The notes under the pieces were generated by a model that saw nothing but the letters and a program-made list of their open reading frames with translations, searched no databases and was not told where the DNA came from. Positions 11,989 through 24,974 of a stretch of 64,000 bases of DNA are shown here, one piece after another. A program made the position numbers and the translations under genes. Within the stretch, counting starts at the first letter, position 1. Each line of letters starts with the position of its first letter. Origin of the DNA: Octopus bimaculoides (lineage: Eukaryota); the NCBI RefSeq assembly GCF_001194135.2, contig NC_068999.1, positions 2,514,935 to 2,578,934 of the forward strand, written 5' to 3'.

Positions 11989-13284
11989 ATCTAGCTTAAT
12001 ATATTTATGCAATAATATATATAAATGTGTTCTTTTGTTTTTTTGTTTTTTGAGGAGGAAATCTGAAATACTTTCTAACATTTTCCATGTTACTTTATAC
12101 CAAACACTCCCTCCTAAGTCTAGGAGTGTTCCTTAGACTGCATTGCTTTATATTCACAATGGATTATGTTAAGGTTGGTATATAACAGACATAATGGAAT
12201 TCTACACTTAACAAAGTTAATATTTCATTATGTGTGTGTGTGTTAAAGTGCTCAATGCATGTTTGTGAAGGAAGTGGACAGATTCTGATGTATAACCCTC
12301 TATATACGTGTTTTAATCCATAAGTGGTTTCGTATAAGTATCTAAACAGATAAAGCTGACAAAGAAATGTCTATTTTTTCCAAAGTTATATAAATAGACC
12401 CCTGCATCTCCAGTTGACTATCAAAAAAACGGGATCTTATAATGCAAATTCATAGGATAGAATTTTCTAATTAAGATGCTTAATTAACTTTTATTTAAGC
12501 AAACTTCAATTGGAAGAATTTTAGATCATTCCAAAAGCAATTTCTCCATTAGTTGCAGGGGTGGTTGTGTGGTAAGAAGCTTACTTCCCAATCACATGGT
12601 TCCAGGTTCAGTCCTACTGTGTGGCACCTTGATCAAGTATCTTCTACTATAGACTTGGACTGATCAAAGGTGGATTTGGTAGATGGAAACTGGAAGAAGC
12701 CTGTCATATGTGTGTCTGTGTTTGTTCCCTATCATCACTTGACAATCAGTGTTGGTTCATTTATGTCCCTGTGACTTAGTGGTTTGGCAAAAAGAGACCA
12801 ATAGAATAAGTGCCAGGCTTAAAAAAGAAAAAAATAAGTGCTGGGGTCAATTCATTCAACTAAAAGTCCTTCGAGGTGGTGCTCCAACATGGCCACAGTC
12901 TAATGACTGAAACAGATAAAGAAATTAAACTTATAAATCTGAGTTAGTGGAATAAAATGTTGAACTTAAACAAAGAATTTTTGTCCATAGAAATTTGTAT
13001 TTATCTCATGATACTTGCCAGTTTTAGTTTTATCATCCAATAATCCCAAATCCTTGATTCACTTAAGTATTTCCATAGTTGCCATTTAATTCCAATTTGA
13101 TTAGAAAAATTTGGAAACTACTATCTCTGCAACAGAACACTAAATCACAATATTTTTTTTTACCAAATGAAACTTCAAAGTATTGAAAAAATTCTTTATT
13201 TTAATGAATGAGAAGTTATTAAAAATGACTCACTTTATTATTGCATTATTGGTACATTATTGTTTCAGCAGGTCACTGATATAT

Positions 13285-16200
13285 TTATACAACATTGTTG
13301 TCGATCACATGACTATCAACTGAAGCTGTACCAAGTTCTGAAAATAGAAATTAAGTTGATTGTTTTCTAATTGTAATTGATAATTGATAATTCAACTAAG
13401 AACTTTCTACATCACAATGAAAAGATTAAAACAGAAGAGAAGAGTGCTGTTATTGATACTCATCGAACAGTTAAGGAAATGAATGCTCTCACAAGAGCAG
13501 TAGAGACTGTTGCACTGGTGCTATTGATCTTGGTTGTCAACAACAGTAGAGAAAACGACTTCTGTTCTCCTTCACAATATCACTGAATGTATGAGTTGCT
13601 CAATGGAGATAGCTGTTCTCAAAGAATCACCAACCACAATAATAATATCATTTTTTAAGGTTTAAAGTTATTTATTTGAAGGAAATAGAAAGATAAATAT
13701 TCCAGAATCATATTTGTTTGGCAAATGATTCGCAATTCAATTTTATCTATTTTAAGTTAAATGGAAATAATTACAAAAACTTAATACCTTACAACCATGA
13801 ACTTGCAAANNNNNNNNNNNNNNNNNNNNNNNNNNNNNNNNNNNNNNNNNNNNNNNNNNNNNNNNNNNNNNNNNNNNNNNNNNNNNNNNNNNNNNNNNNN
13901 NNNNNNNNNNNNNNNNNNNNNNNNNNNNNNNNNNNNNNNNNNNNNNNNNNNNNNNNNNNNNNNNNNNNNNNNNNNNNNNNNNNNNNNNNNNNNNNNNNNN
14001 NNNNNNNNNNNNNNNNNNNNNNNNNNNNNNNNNNNNNNNNNNNNNNNNNNNNNNNNNNNNNNNNNNNNNNNNNNNNNNNNNNNNNNNNNNNNNNNNNNNN
14101 NNNNNNNNNNNNNNNNNNNNNNNNNNNNNNNNNNTTTTGGTTGTCAAGTGGCAGAATTGTTAGAATGCAAAATGGTTCATGGCGTTGTGTGTTTATGTTC
14201 TGAGTTCAAGCATCAACGAGGTGGACATAGCCTTTCATCTTTTGGGGTCGATAAAATAAGTACTAGTTGAATCCTGGGGTTGATTTAATCAACTTATCCC
14301 CTCCCCCGAACTTGCTGGCCTTGTGCCAAAATTTGAAGACAATATCTATAGAACTTAAGGTAGTAAAATGGCAGAATTGTTATCACTCCAGGCAAAATGC
14401 TAAGCAGCATTTCATCCATTTTTGTGTTCTGAGTTCAAATTCCACTGAGGTCTAGTTTGCCTTTCATCCTTTCGGGGTTGATAAAATAAGTTCCAGTCAA
14501 ACACTGGGGTCAATGTAATTGTCTTACACCTTACCCCAAATTGCAGGCCTTGTGCAAAAATTTGAAACCGATATTTATAGAACATAATTTGAGAAAAGGA
14601 ATTGTAGGCATTCTATAGCATGTTTGCTTGGAAAGTGATAGCTTTGTGGTTTGTGTCCTGTCGGTGGGCCTCTGGCCCTTTTCTAACTCATATTAACCCC
14701 CAATATTGACCTTTCCCTGCAATGAAATATTCAGACTTAATTCAAAAGAATGGAATCTGTTACGGCAAAGTGGTAAAGACCAAGGCTTCTACTGAAGAGA
14801 ATTAACTTGAGAACCGAATAACCTGTGAAGAAATTTTAAATCATAGTCAAAAGACGAGGTAAATATAAGAAATAAGGAAGTAATTTACTCTTCAAAATCC
14901 AATGCATCAACCCAATCAAGCAAATTATTCACTTCACAGTGGTCTTCCTCGGAAGATAATTTCTCAAAGTCACCTCTGTACCTAAAATAGATGCTTTCAT
15001 TAAAACATTAGTTACCAGGTAAACCTTTAAAAGTAATATCAACCAATTTATTTCTGTAATGATTATTGGTGCATCAAAACAGGAAAATATATGTACATGG
15101 TGAAATGTATGTATGTATGTGTGTGTGTGTATAGTTGGAATTTACAAAAAAAACAAAAGATGAAGACAGGTGTGTAAACAATAAACGGGTGTATTAGTTT
15201 AATGCTCGGGAAGGTGAGAAAGTCTTTTACATTTCGAGCCTATGCTCTTCAACAGAAAGGAACACGAGAAAATAAACAGAGAGAGAATAAAAAAAAGCTT
15301 TAGTGGCCAGCGGTCGATCATGGCGATATATACATATATATATACATACACATTTTTCTTAGTTTCAAATTCAAATTTCTTATGAAGAAATGTGATTATA
15401 TTAAGAAGAAATTATTTTTCTTGTAATTAACTACAACCACAAGGGCAAAGACATGTTTGAATGAACATTAAAATATTAATAGAATATCAGAATTATGTCA
15501 ATAGTTTATATCTGATGCAAAAATATTATGTATAAATTTTACTTACAATTTTTTCTTCCATTCTATTTGAAGTAATTTCTTCTTTTGTTCAGCATTTTGT
15601 TTTCTCTTGAGCTACATTAAAAAAGTTTCATTTTAATAAGTGTCTTCCATTAAAATGCTTTTGGTTTTTCTTGAAATTGGAGACAGACTACAAAGATATT
15701 CATCAAATAATCACATATTTTAAAATTTGCTGCAGAACCAATTTCTAGTTTGCTTTTATGAAAGTTCAGATTGGATTTAAATATGACAGCAGGACCTGGG
15801 GTGTAAAGCACACACAGATGTATACTGCAATTTCATTGTAACTCCTTTCTTTTCTGTCTGTTCATAGTACAACATACTTCAGTATGTATACTTTTGCATC
15901 CACCATATCAAGTCTAAGATATATTTCCCTGAGTGCTATACATCGAGCTTCATTGCATGCAGCAAGATCTCTCAAGAAAGAGGTTTTTTTGTTCTATTGT
16001 TGAAGTGCAACAGACCTCTGGAATTCAATAAGAATGAATGTGATGCCTGTGCTGGTGTTAGTGGTGGTCATCCTGTATCTGTTGACTGTGGTGGCCTCAT
16101 GTGATAGTGATTGCAATCCCAAGCCTAAGCTCAATGTAGCCAGGTCAGCTGCTTCACAATCTTTTGTGCCATGCACAAAGAATTTTTGTTCAGCTGCTGG

Positions 16201-19200
16201 TGCTTTTTTCACATCTAAGGTGAAGTTGGTTGTTCGGGTTCCAGTATGTGGTGTTGTTTGCCAAATAGGATGTATAGCAAAATCTTTTTGAAATTTATTT
16301 TATCTAAACAGGGAACAGGAGTCAGTTCTGGAAAAATTTGGACTAAGAAATGTAAGACTCAGAAAAAATAGATGCAGTAAAATATCTCGAGCACTGAATA
16401 AGATTCAATAATTGGTGTTTAAATATCCATTCTTACATAATAACAATACAAGCAACAAAATCCACCCAATTGTTAGATTAAAAGACTAAGTTGGTTATAA
16501 CAATGATGGGAAGGTTAATGTAAAATTATGCTGAAGTCAGTCAATGAAGATACACTTTTGTAAGATGTCTACATTCTAAGAGAACGAAAACAAAGGAATC
16601 AGAAATATTGATTTTAATATCAGTTGTTTTCAATTTAAATTGGCAAGCATATCTACCTTACTGGGGTGAAATAAATACTTTGTTTGAGATGATTCCAAAG
16701 TTAGCTGATCGTTTTTGTAAGGACAAAGGAATTGACCAGACACCAATCTCCAGCCATTATTTTCGGTACGCCGATACCAGTCGCTCATATCTAAAAAAAT
16801 AAAGAAACACTAAGATTCCTTCAACGCTAAAACAAAACTCTTCAGTAATTGTCTGAGATATGTTACTTTTATCAAGATTATCAACATTAATTTGTACTTT
16901 TTTTCCAACATGAAATTTTCTTTTAGAATATCATGAAATAGTTGTTGTAGGAACTACACTGCTCTGGTAAGAGGATTAGGTATTTTTAACTGTTAATTCA
17001 TACTAAATATGTTTCAACATCAAATTCTTTGGACTGATTTTTAATTGGGAGAAAAAGTACGATATATAAGTAACATTTCATCAATTCCATACCGTTATTT
17101 TGAGCAAGAAAAATGTCATATTGTTTATTGTTAGAATGTAGTGCAAGAGGTAATTTCATCTTGTTGGTACAATAGTTTTTTGGACTGATAGCACAGAGGT
17201 CAATGATATTCCTTTCCGTATATATCTTGTAGTAAATATTTGGAGGAAAACAACCCTATAAAATAAAATTTAAAAAAACAATTAATAACATCAGAAGAAA
17301 TCATAAACATTCTCAGAAAACAACTTCATTAATGCGGTATCCACTTAAAAACAAATACTCCACGTTAAAGGTATACATGTCTGTGGAGTGCTCAGCCACT
17401 TGCACGTTAATTTCAGGAGCAGGCTGTTCCGTTGAGTGGATCAACTCGAACCCTCGTCGTCGTAACTGATGCAACAATGCTTTCACTTTATTCAGTTTCC
17501 TTACAATTAAATATTTACACACACACACACACCCCACAACTGGAAAATTTGTTTGCTGAAGGAATTGGTATAATTTTTCTGGCTATGNNNNNNNNNNNNN
17601 NNNNNNNNNNNNNNNNNNNNNNNNNNNNNNNNNNNNNNNNNNNNNNNNNNNNNNNNNNNNNNNNNNNNNNNNNNNNNNNNNNNNNNNNNNNNNNNNNNNN
17701 NNNNNNNNNNNNNNNNNNNNNNNNNNNNNNNNNNNNNNNNNNNNNNNNNNNNNNNNNNCAGTCGATTAGATCGACCCAGTATGCAACTGGTACTTAATTT
17801 ATCGGCCTTGAAAGAATGAAAGGTAAAGCCGACCTCGGTGGAATTTGAACTCAGAATGTAAAGACAGACAAAATACCGCTAAGCATTTCGCCCGGCGTAC
17901 TTACGTTTCTTATTTCTTTATTGCTCATAAGGGGCTAAACTAGAGGGGACAAACAAGGACAGACAAAGGGATTAAGTCGATTACATCAACCCCAGGGCAT
18001 AACTGGTACTTATTTAATCGACTCCGAAAGGATGAAAGGCTAAGTCGACCTCAGCGGAATTTGAACTCAGAAAAGTAGCGGTAGACGAAATACTACTAAG
18101 CATTTCGCCCGTCGTGCTAACGTTTCTGCCAGCTCTTCACTGCCTTTGTGTGTAACAATATATCACAATACCAAATATAACCGTATAACAATAAGCAATG
18201 TAACAAGAGTTGTTTATCTTAACTGTTTGCACAATAACAATTCAATACTTCAACGCAAAGTTAATAACGCGACTAACACTCTCAGCTCAACCTCAACTGT
18301 CTACTGGCTGATCTATTTGCAAGACTCGTCCAGTTCACTGACAGTCATGTGCGGAGGAGTTCACTCCACATCAGGTTTACAACAAAAAAGGGAATACCAC
18401 CTTGATATAGAGAACTGGTGAAAATATAGGAAATTTTATTTAAAAAATGTCAAGAGTAAAGATAATTTTACTTACACCACCTAACCTGAATCGGACTTTG
18501 TTACCTGATGCAGCATCCAATAAATCTGCTTCCACAGGGTTGATACAGTGGAGCATGAAAGCAGGATTTCCACAATTTTTAAAATTTATTAAATCTTTAT
18601 AGTATTTAAAAATTTGCCTATCCTGAATAACAAAACAGTAAATAGATTATTAGTTTTCAGTTCGTTATTAGTATTTTTATCCTTTTATAGGATTAGAAAT
18701 AACAAATGACTCAAACTAAAGCATTAAAATTCGATAAAAATGGGATTTTAATCAGTAAAATGATACATATAAAAGTCAAAATTAAAATATTAAACAACAC
18801 GCTAAATTGAACTTTCAGCTGAGATAATATTTCATTATGTAAACGCAATCAGGTAGAAGTTAACTTTGAAAATATAGCAGATATTAATGAATTGCAATTT
18901 CAAAATCCCTCACTCACTCATGCCCTTGCTCAATGGGGCTGAGGTCATCTTAGGTAAGTGGTCCCAGAGGCATCATCGTGTGTAGAACTAACCAGATCCA
19001 CCAACGCACTCCATCGCTGGCAACCCTGTGACTGTTTGTCTGCATCCTCCAAGATGATGTTGGACTTCTGGAGATCTTCCTTAATCACATCCAGCCATCT
19101 GGTTCAGGGCTTGCCACGGTGTCTCTTCCAGCCCACAAATGCTGGATCAAATGAGAGGCTGGGGGTGGAGGACATGTCTGTGCCAGTGCAGGTTGCGGAT

Positions 19201-22200
19201 ATCTATGAGGTGGGAGGCTGCGGGCTGGTGCATGTCACCATGGAAATTTGACTTAGACTAATGGAAATACCAGAGATACTAGAAATTCAGCATTACACCT
19301 GTATTAATGAATTTAACACTTAAGTATAATAAATAGTTACATATTTTGGTCCTACATTATCATATCTGTGAAGTCGAATGTCTTAAGATTTGACAATCCA
19401 TTTACTCTAGCACTGCTTTCTTATGTCAGCTCACAGAACCTTTTCTTTTCACCAAGCATTCCTCATCCAACTTGTTCTCACTTATTACAAAATAAAACAT
19501 TACTGCTAAAATTTTAGTTCATCTTCTATTGCAACACTTAAAAATTTCAGTGTTATTATATATAAAAAAAAGTATATAAACTTACCATAAAAGAACGCCA
19601 TTTTCTCTGTATCTTAGCTGCCTCCTCATCTAAATCGTGAAATGAATTCATTTTATGTCATAACCACAATACGCTGGTTAGATTTGAAATTGTGAAAATG
19701 TCTACAAAAGAACATTTACAGATCTTAAATCACCTAGTCAAATATAAGGTACAAAAATCTCTGAATTTTACTTCATGGTAAGCATATGAAAATATGTAAA
19801 ACATGTTATTTAGGTGAGCTAATTATCAAATGAGCTGATTGTTTCTGTTCCTAGGCCCACTCCTACGCTTTTCATCTGGCACAAATACTACCCCCTCTCT
19901 CAGTTGAGGGGTCTTGTCTTGTAAATTATTTGGTAACTTCCCTGCTGTTGGTGTCACATAAAACACTTCGCAGAAGAGGAGACTTCCTAGGGCTGCTCGT
20001 GGAAACCCCACAAAACCACGACCGCTCTGACCACTAGGGCAAGTGCCCTCTCCACAGCGTCTTCAGGCGCGTGTTTAGAGTAGGCCTGTTCACTCGGACC
20101 ATTCTTGTCACATTCACCCACCTTTCAACAAAATTGCTGGGAGGCAGCACTCCCCTCACTTTCCTTTTCAAATGAAATTTGTAAAAGTTGATGAGAGCTT
20201 GGCCAAAGAGGAAAGCTATCTCTTCAGCCCTTTCAATCTAGTCCACCACACAACCTCTTTCGCTAAGGCTACCAGACAAAGAAACATTGTCTACCCTTAA
20301 TAATTCTTTCTATTATAGGTACAAAGCCTGAAATATGGGGGAGGAGGATAGTCTATTACATCGACCCCAGTGTGTAACTAGTGCTTATTTAATCGACCCC
20401 AAAAGGATAAAAAGCAAAGTCGAACTCGGCGGAATTTGAACTCACAACGTAGCGAAATACTGCTAAGAATTTCGTCCAGCGTGCTAACGATTTTGGCCAC
20501 AGAATGAAGCTTTTGTATTGTTCAGGAGCACTCGTGGTGGCTAATTTAATGCGTGGATTCCATAATATAAAAGCATTTTGATTTACTGAAAATCATGCAT
20601 ATGAGTCTGGTGGTGGCCGATCTTTAGCCAAAAATTCTCTTTGCTCAACGTGCAATATATCCTTCATTTGTTTTAAATTATTATTGCTATAACAATATTG
20701 TTACATTTATTAATGATTGATATTGCTAGAGCTGAGCATTATTATCATTGATATTATTTATCAATTTCAAAAATGCAAGAGACTCTTAAGTTTGCGAAAG
20801 TGTAAATGGCACGCCATACTCCATGATCGCCCACAGAACGCGGAATGACATGAAAGCTTTAATGGAAAACCTATTGTCAACATGTCTCAATAAAAACAGT
20901 CACCGTCTGAGTAGTAACACCTATGGCTGTGTTGTTTAAGCGTTTGGGTATACTGGACAGTCAACTGGGGATTCCGATGCTAATTTTCGTGCTGTGGTTT
21001 TCTTTCGATAGGACCCAGTGCTTTGCTTCGTTTGAAGTGAAATCGGGGTTTTAATGCTGTTAAGTAGCCGTAGCCCAGTTGAAACCATTCTGCCTTTGGC
21101 GATCTTACGGTACGAGTCCAAAATATCGGCCTTTTCCGTAAAAAGTGTCTTCGGCGATCTTTACCAAAGGTCGCCCTTTTCCGTAAAAAGTGTTGGAGAG
21201 AAACAGGGAAACGACGTCATAAAAGCGAAAGAGATACAGAGAGCGCGATTTCTTTTGAAGGGTTTAGGGTTAGGGATTGGGTTATGGAATTCCGTCACTA
21301 ACCCTAACCCTAAGCCTGACACTAAAACCCTAACCCTAACACCGTAGTGAAGATCGTGCGGGTGTTACGGAAAAGGCCGATCTTTGGTAAAAGTCGCCGA
21401 AGACACTTTTTACAGAAAAGGCCGATATTTAGGACTCGCACCGTAAGATCGCCCTGCCCTTTTAAGGATACGAAGGACTAATTTATCAAAGAAGTACTCT
21501 CGATATTCAAAACGGTAAGTTGAGATTTGGCTGTTATTTCTAGCTGGTCGAACAGCAAGGTAGATACTTGCTCCTTGAAAGAGAACATTCTCGCTAACAG
21601 GACTTTGTGCCATCACCAGTTTACATTTATTTTATAAGGGTAATAAACGTGGCTGTAAGTACCATATCAAATTGTTTCAGCTGATTTTATGGTATCAAGT
21701 TGACAGAAGAAAACGAGGAGCCATCGACCTAGAAGAAATAACCGTTGTAGGGACATATTACCTCAAAACCTCGTAAAACGACACATTAGTTTTATCTATA
21801 TATACAAAAGGGTGGTATTATTACGGGTGGAACACCTTTCGTCATATGCTTGACCAGAGCTCAGCTCGTCTAAACCGAAGTTCACCACTCTAAATAATTA
21901 TTATCGCTCGATATTTTATCATCAGTAAAATGATTGGACATAACTTCAAAAATTCCTTTCATTACCTGAGTTTCTCTGTATTTGATGGAAATGCAAAATT
22001 GTTACGTATATTTAGATGTCCGTAAAGTTAGAGATGAACGAGCTGTTAATGTTTTTGTTGCCTAAAAACACTTGGCAACCAGAGTGACAGAATATTTATT
22101 AATCCGTTAGCAACACATACTATACTCATTGAATGATGAATAATAAATCAAAAGCCGGAAAAAGAAAAAAAAAAAGGTGAACTCTTTCACGAGAAATGAG

Positions 22201-22630
22201 CCAGGCATCTCGCGCAGACAGGAAAATATTAGTTTTTCTTTATTAAAGTACACAATACTAATACTTTTGGGAAGGAAAAGAACGATATGACGTCCGTGTC
22301 ATTCTCAAATGGAATATTAGCAAGTCAAATAAAGTGAAATATGTTCGGGTAGGCATTGAAACCGGGACGCGATCTTAGCATCGAGTACAGGAGCGGGTAG
22401 AATCTGAAGCTCAGCTAAATTCACGTTTGGTATTCGTATAGAGCACTAGCAATTTTGTTTTCCTGCGCCCTCCACTGAACAATTAACATTGTTTATTATT
22501 AATTGTGTTTTCTTAAATAAACCCGGAAAGGTGTTCCCATTAAATTGTGTGTAGACAGCAAAATTAATTTGAATAGAAAATTAGCGACAAATGTAGTCAG
22601 TTACGTTTTACCTGAGAACTCGGCGTCCAT
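13285..22630 (-). CDS. C11orf65: C11orf65/MFI-like IQ-motif protein; exons 22612-22630 (tentative start), 19586-19629, 18476-18622, 17093-17255, 16657-16790, 15547-15611, 14889-14981, then probably one short exon missing (N gap 13810-14134?) and a tentative last exon 13285-13337
   Basis: Spliced translation MDAEFSDEEAAKIQRKWRSFMDRQIFKYYKDLINF...INPVEADLLDAASGNKVRFRLGGGCFPPNIYYKIYTERNIIDLCAISPKNY...DWYRRTENNGWRLVS...FHPSKLKRKQNAEQKKKLLQIEWKKKL...EVNNLLDWVDALDFE. This follows recalled human C11orf65 motifs (IQQAWKSF, INPKEAELLDAAAG..VRFRLGG..FPP.IYYKI, WY.R.ENNGWR, FHFSKLKRRQ, LNWTNTLNFD). Internal exons are GT-AG with matching phases. The first and last exons are less certain. Confidence 0.88.
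16034..16291 (+). CDS. Candidate small secreted cysteine-rich peptide (85 aa), nested antisense in an intron of the C11orf65-like gene
   Basis: ATG start, 22-residue hydrophobic leader (MNVMPVLVLVVVILYLLTVVAS), 7 Cys, net charge about +6, non-repetitive sequence. No family recognised. Confidence 0.3.
   Translation: MNVMPVLVLVVVILYLLTVVASCDSDCNPKPKLNVARSAASQSFVPCTKNFCSAAGAFFTSKVKLVVRVPVCGVVCQIGCIAKSF
17760..18140 (-). mobile_element. Two tandem family A SINE copies in a C11orf65-like intron
   Basis: Two GTCGACCTC.G.GGAATTTGAACTCAGAA...AAGCATTTCGCCC blocks. Confidence 0.85.
18950..19200 (-). mobile_element. Degenerate RTE/CR1-like LINE 3' ORF fragment
   Basis: Minus strand reads KRHRGKP*TRWLDVIKEDL...RWSALV, matching the R.RGRP..RW.D.I..DL...W..LV tail. 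Confidence 0.6.
19850..20250 (-). mobile_element. Probable L1/Tx1-like LINE 3' end fragment
   Basis: Minus strand reads VLPPSNFVERWVNVTRMVRV, similar to the Tx1 ORF2 C-terminal F..RW motif, followed by a GC-richer UTR-like tail. Confidence 0.4.
21098..21453. mobile_element. MITE/foldback element with about 89-bp terminal inverted repeats and internal inverted TTAGGG/CCCTAA repeats
   Basis: 21098-21186 is the reverse complement of 21365-21453 (about 90% identity by eye). The interior has GGGTTTAGGGTTAGGGATTGGG and CCCTAACCCTAA runs. Confidence 0.8.
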
Positions 22631-24974
22631 AAGAACTTTATCACATTCTTATATCTGTTGCTATGCTGTTTGGCGGTTTTCCAGTCTGGCTACCATAAAC
22701 ATGTCACCTGAAAACACGTTAACTATATACTAATATAGTGGTAGGTCTGTTGATAGTGTAGAAAAAGGTTGTCAGTCAGTAGAGAGTGAAAGAGTGAGGA
22801 ATGCACGGTGCTGACTAGAAAGGATAGAGGTGGCATCGGCTTTCTTGCGGCCGAAAGGCAAGTGCTGGTCTTGATCAAAAGCGGGTGCTGCCCTTTGGTC
22901 TGGCTGACACAAAAGAGCAGCACTTCCCTTTTCGACTGCAAGAAAGATGATGCCACCTTTATTCTTATTCTTTTGCCGAATCACTAAGTTACGGGGACAT
23001 AAACACACCAGCATCAGTTGTCAGGCGATGGCAGGGGGACAAATGCAGACACACATAAATATATACACATATATGTGTGTGTTTATGTCTCTGTAACTTA
23101 GTGGTTCAGCAAAAGAGACTGATAAAATAAGTACTAGGCTTACAAAGAATAAGTCCTGGGGTCGATCTCTTCATCTAAAACCCTTCAAGGCAGTGTTCCA
23201 GCATCACTGCAGTCAAATGACTGAAGCAAAAAAAAAAAAATGACTGAAAGAATAACCATGTGATGTCCCGCTTCCAGGCTGGCGAAAGCTGGATGGTTTC
23301 ACAGGCTCTGGTGACTTACAGTACTGCATCGCACTCCAGTCTCTGCCTTTGTATGGTTTCTACAGCTGGGTGCCTTTCCTTCTGCCAACCACTTTATAGT
23401 GTACTTGATGTTTTTTTTCTGTGACACTAATAAAGTGATTGCTTCATAACTTGCAAGGCTGAGGGCCTAAAGTAGCCCCTGTAACTGAGAGAAGATACAA
23501 GAGAGTGTGGGCTATCATTCAAGGTAGAGGAATGGTTAGTAAGAAGGGAGGATGGAGAGGTATGGCGCAGAAGATGAAAGGGGAGGGATTAGTGACAGAG
23601 ATTATAGAAGAGAAAAAAAAAAGAGAAAGACTGAGCTGAATGGTGATATGTTGGGTTGTGTGAGGAGGGTATCTAGAGCAATCCAATATTAGAAGAGGGT
23701 GAGTAAGAGAACAGATGGGGAAAAGGAAAAGAGAAAGGAAGAAAGCAATAGCCAAGAGTAGAGAGAGATGCTGTGAGAGTCATTGAAGGAAAACAGGGTG
23801 TGGGGGATTCATGGGGATACATCAGAGGGGGAAAGCTGAAGAAAAAGATGAGGCTGTTGAGGGGGAAGAGAAGCGGAGAGTGAGAGAAAAGGAGGCACAA
23901 GATGAGGAGCAAGAAGATGTTGAAGAGTGCTATGGATGTAGGAGGAAGAGGAAGAGCAGAATCTCAATGCTGCAAATGCATTCTAAATGGGGAGGCAGTG
24001 GAGAGGATGGAAAAAGAGAGAGAGAGAGACTCAAACAGACAGAGTGTGACAGAGAGAAACAGCAGATGAGTGAGTGAAGGAAATGATAGAAGGCATCCAA
24101 GAGGTGTAAGAGCTGGTAGTAAGATTAAGATAAGAGGAGGTAATTGAGTGACAGTAGAGGTAACCTGAGAGAGAGTGTGAGTGATGAAGAGATGGGAGAC
24201 CTGGGTGAGGGGAGATGTAAGGTTCGGGTTAGGGATAAGAAATGGAAGAACAAGAAGTCTGTGCTTTTTGATTGAGAGATAAACAAAAGTCTGTGTGAAG
24301 TTCCAAATACAAAATATTTATTAATCATAATCAAAACAATGTGTTGTTATGGTGAATGACAGAAAAGAAAATATTTAAGACAAGTAAATCAATTTGTGTG
24401 TGTCAGCAGCCATGAGTGGACTAAATTCGTTCTGTGGTTGTTGTCAAGTGCCATAAATTTCTGTAGTGTCATAAATTTCTTGGCTGCTTTATGGTCACTG
24501 GCAAATTAGCAGATAAACAAACTATGCATAGTTAATGTCTTTCAATGAAAAGGAACCAAAGACAAAATTATTAATGACATTTCAGTATGTCGTTTGTCCA
24601 AAATTATGGTAGTATACAACATATGGATTCAAAGGGTAAAACATCTGTTGGATTTATTGTATTTTGTTGGTCACCTCAGTTATTGATTAAAAACATGTTC
24701 TTGAGGGTTCTACCTGAGATTTGAGTGATCACCTTTTTTCTGATGTTATCAATCTATGACAGAATTCTGTTATTTATCGGTTTTTTTTTTTTTTCTGAAC
24801 AGTGATTCAGGTTTGATTTCTAGTCAGTGAGTTGGTGTTTAGGACTCTATCAAACATTCCTGCTGTATGCATGTATATACGTCGGTGTGTGTGTCACAGC
24901 TTTTTAATTGCTCCCCTTGTGTTAGGATGTGTTTTTCTTTTTCTTGGGTGGACAAGTCTTCTGTAACATCATGT

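Noticed and set aside
13377-13586. 69-aa ORF with a hydrophobic stretch
   Set aside because: Non-ATG start, no recognisable homology or splice context.
13790-13809. Gap-edge sequence FASSW|gtaag as the missing C11orf65-like exon
   Set aside because: Its phase (2) does not fit the LGTAS frame of the candidate last exon; left unresolved.
15994-16221. Minus-strand ORF with a CTTAG acceptor as an alternative exon of the C11orf65-like gene
   Set aside because: The upstream exon ends in phase 0, which gives ATG-TGA immediately; there is no homology support.
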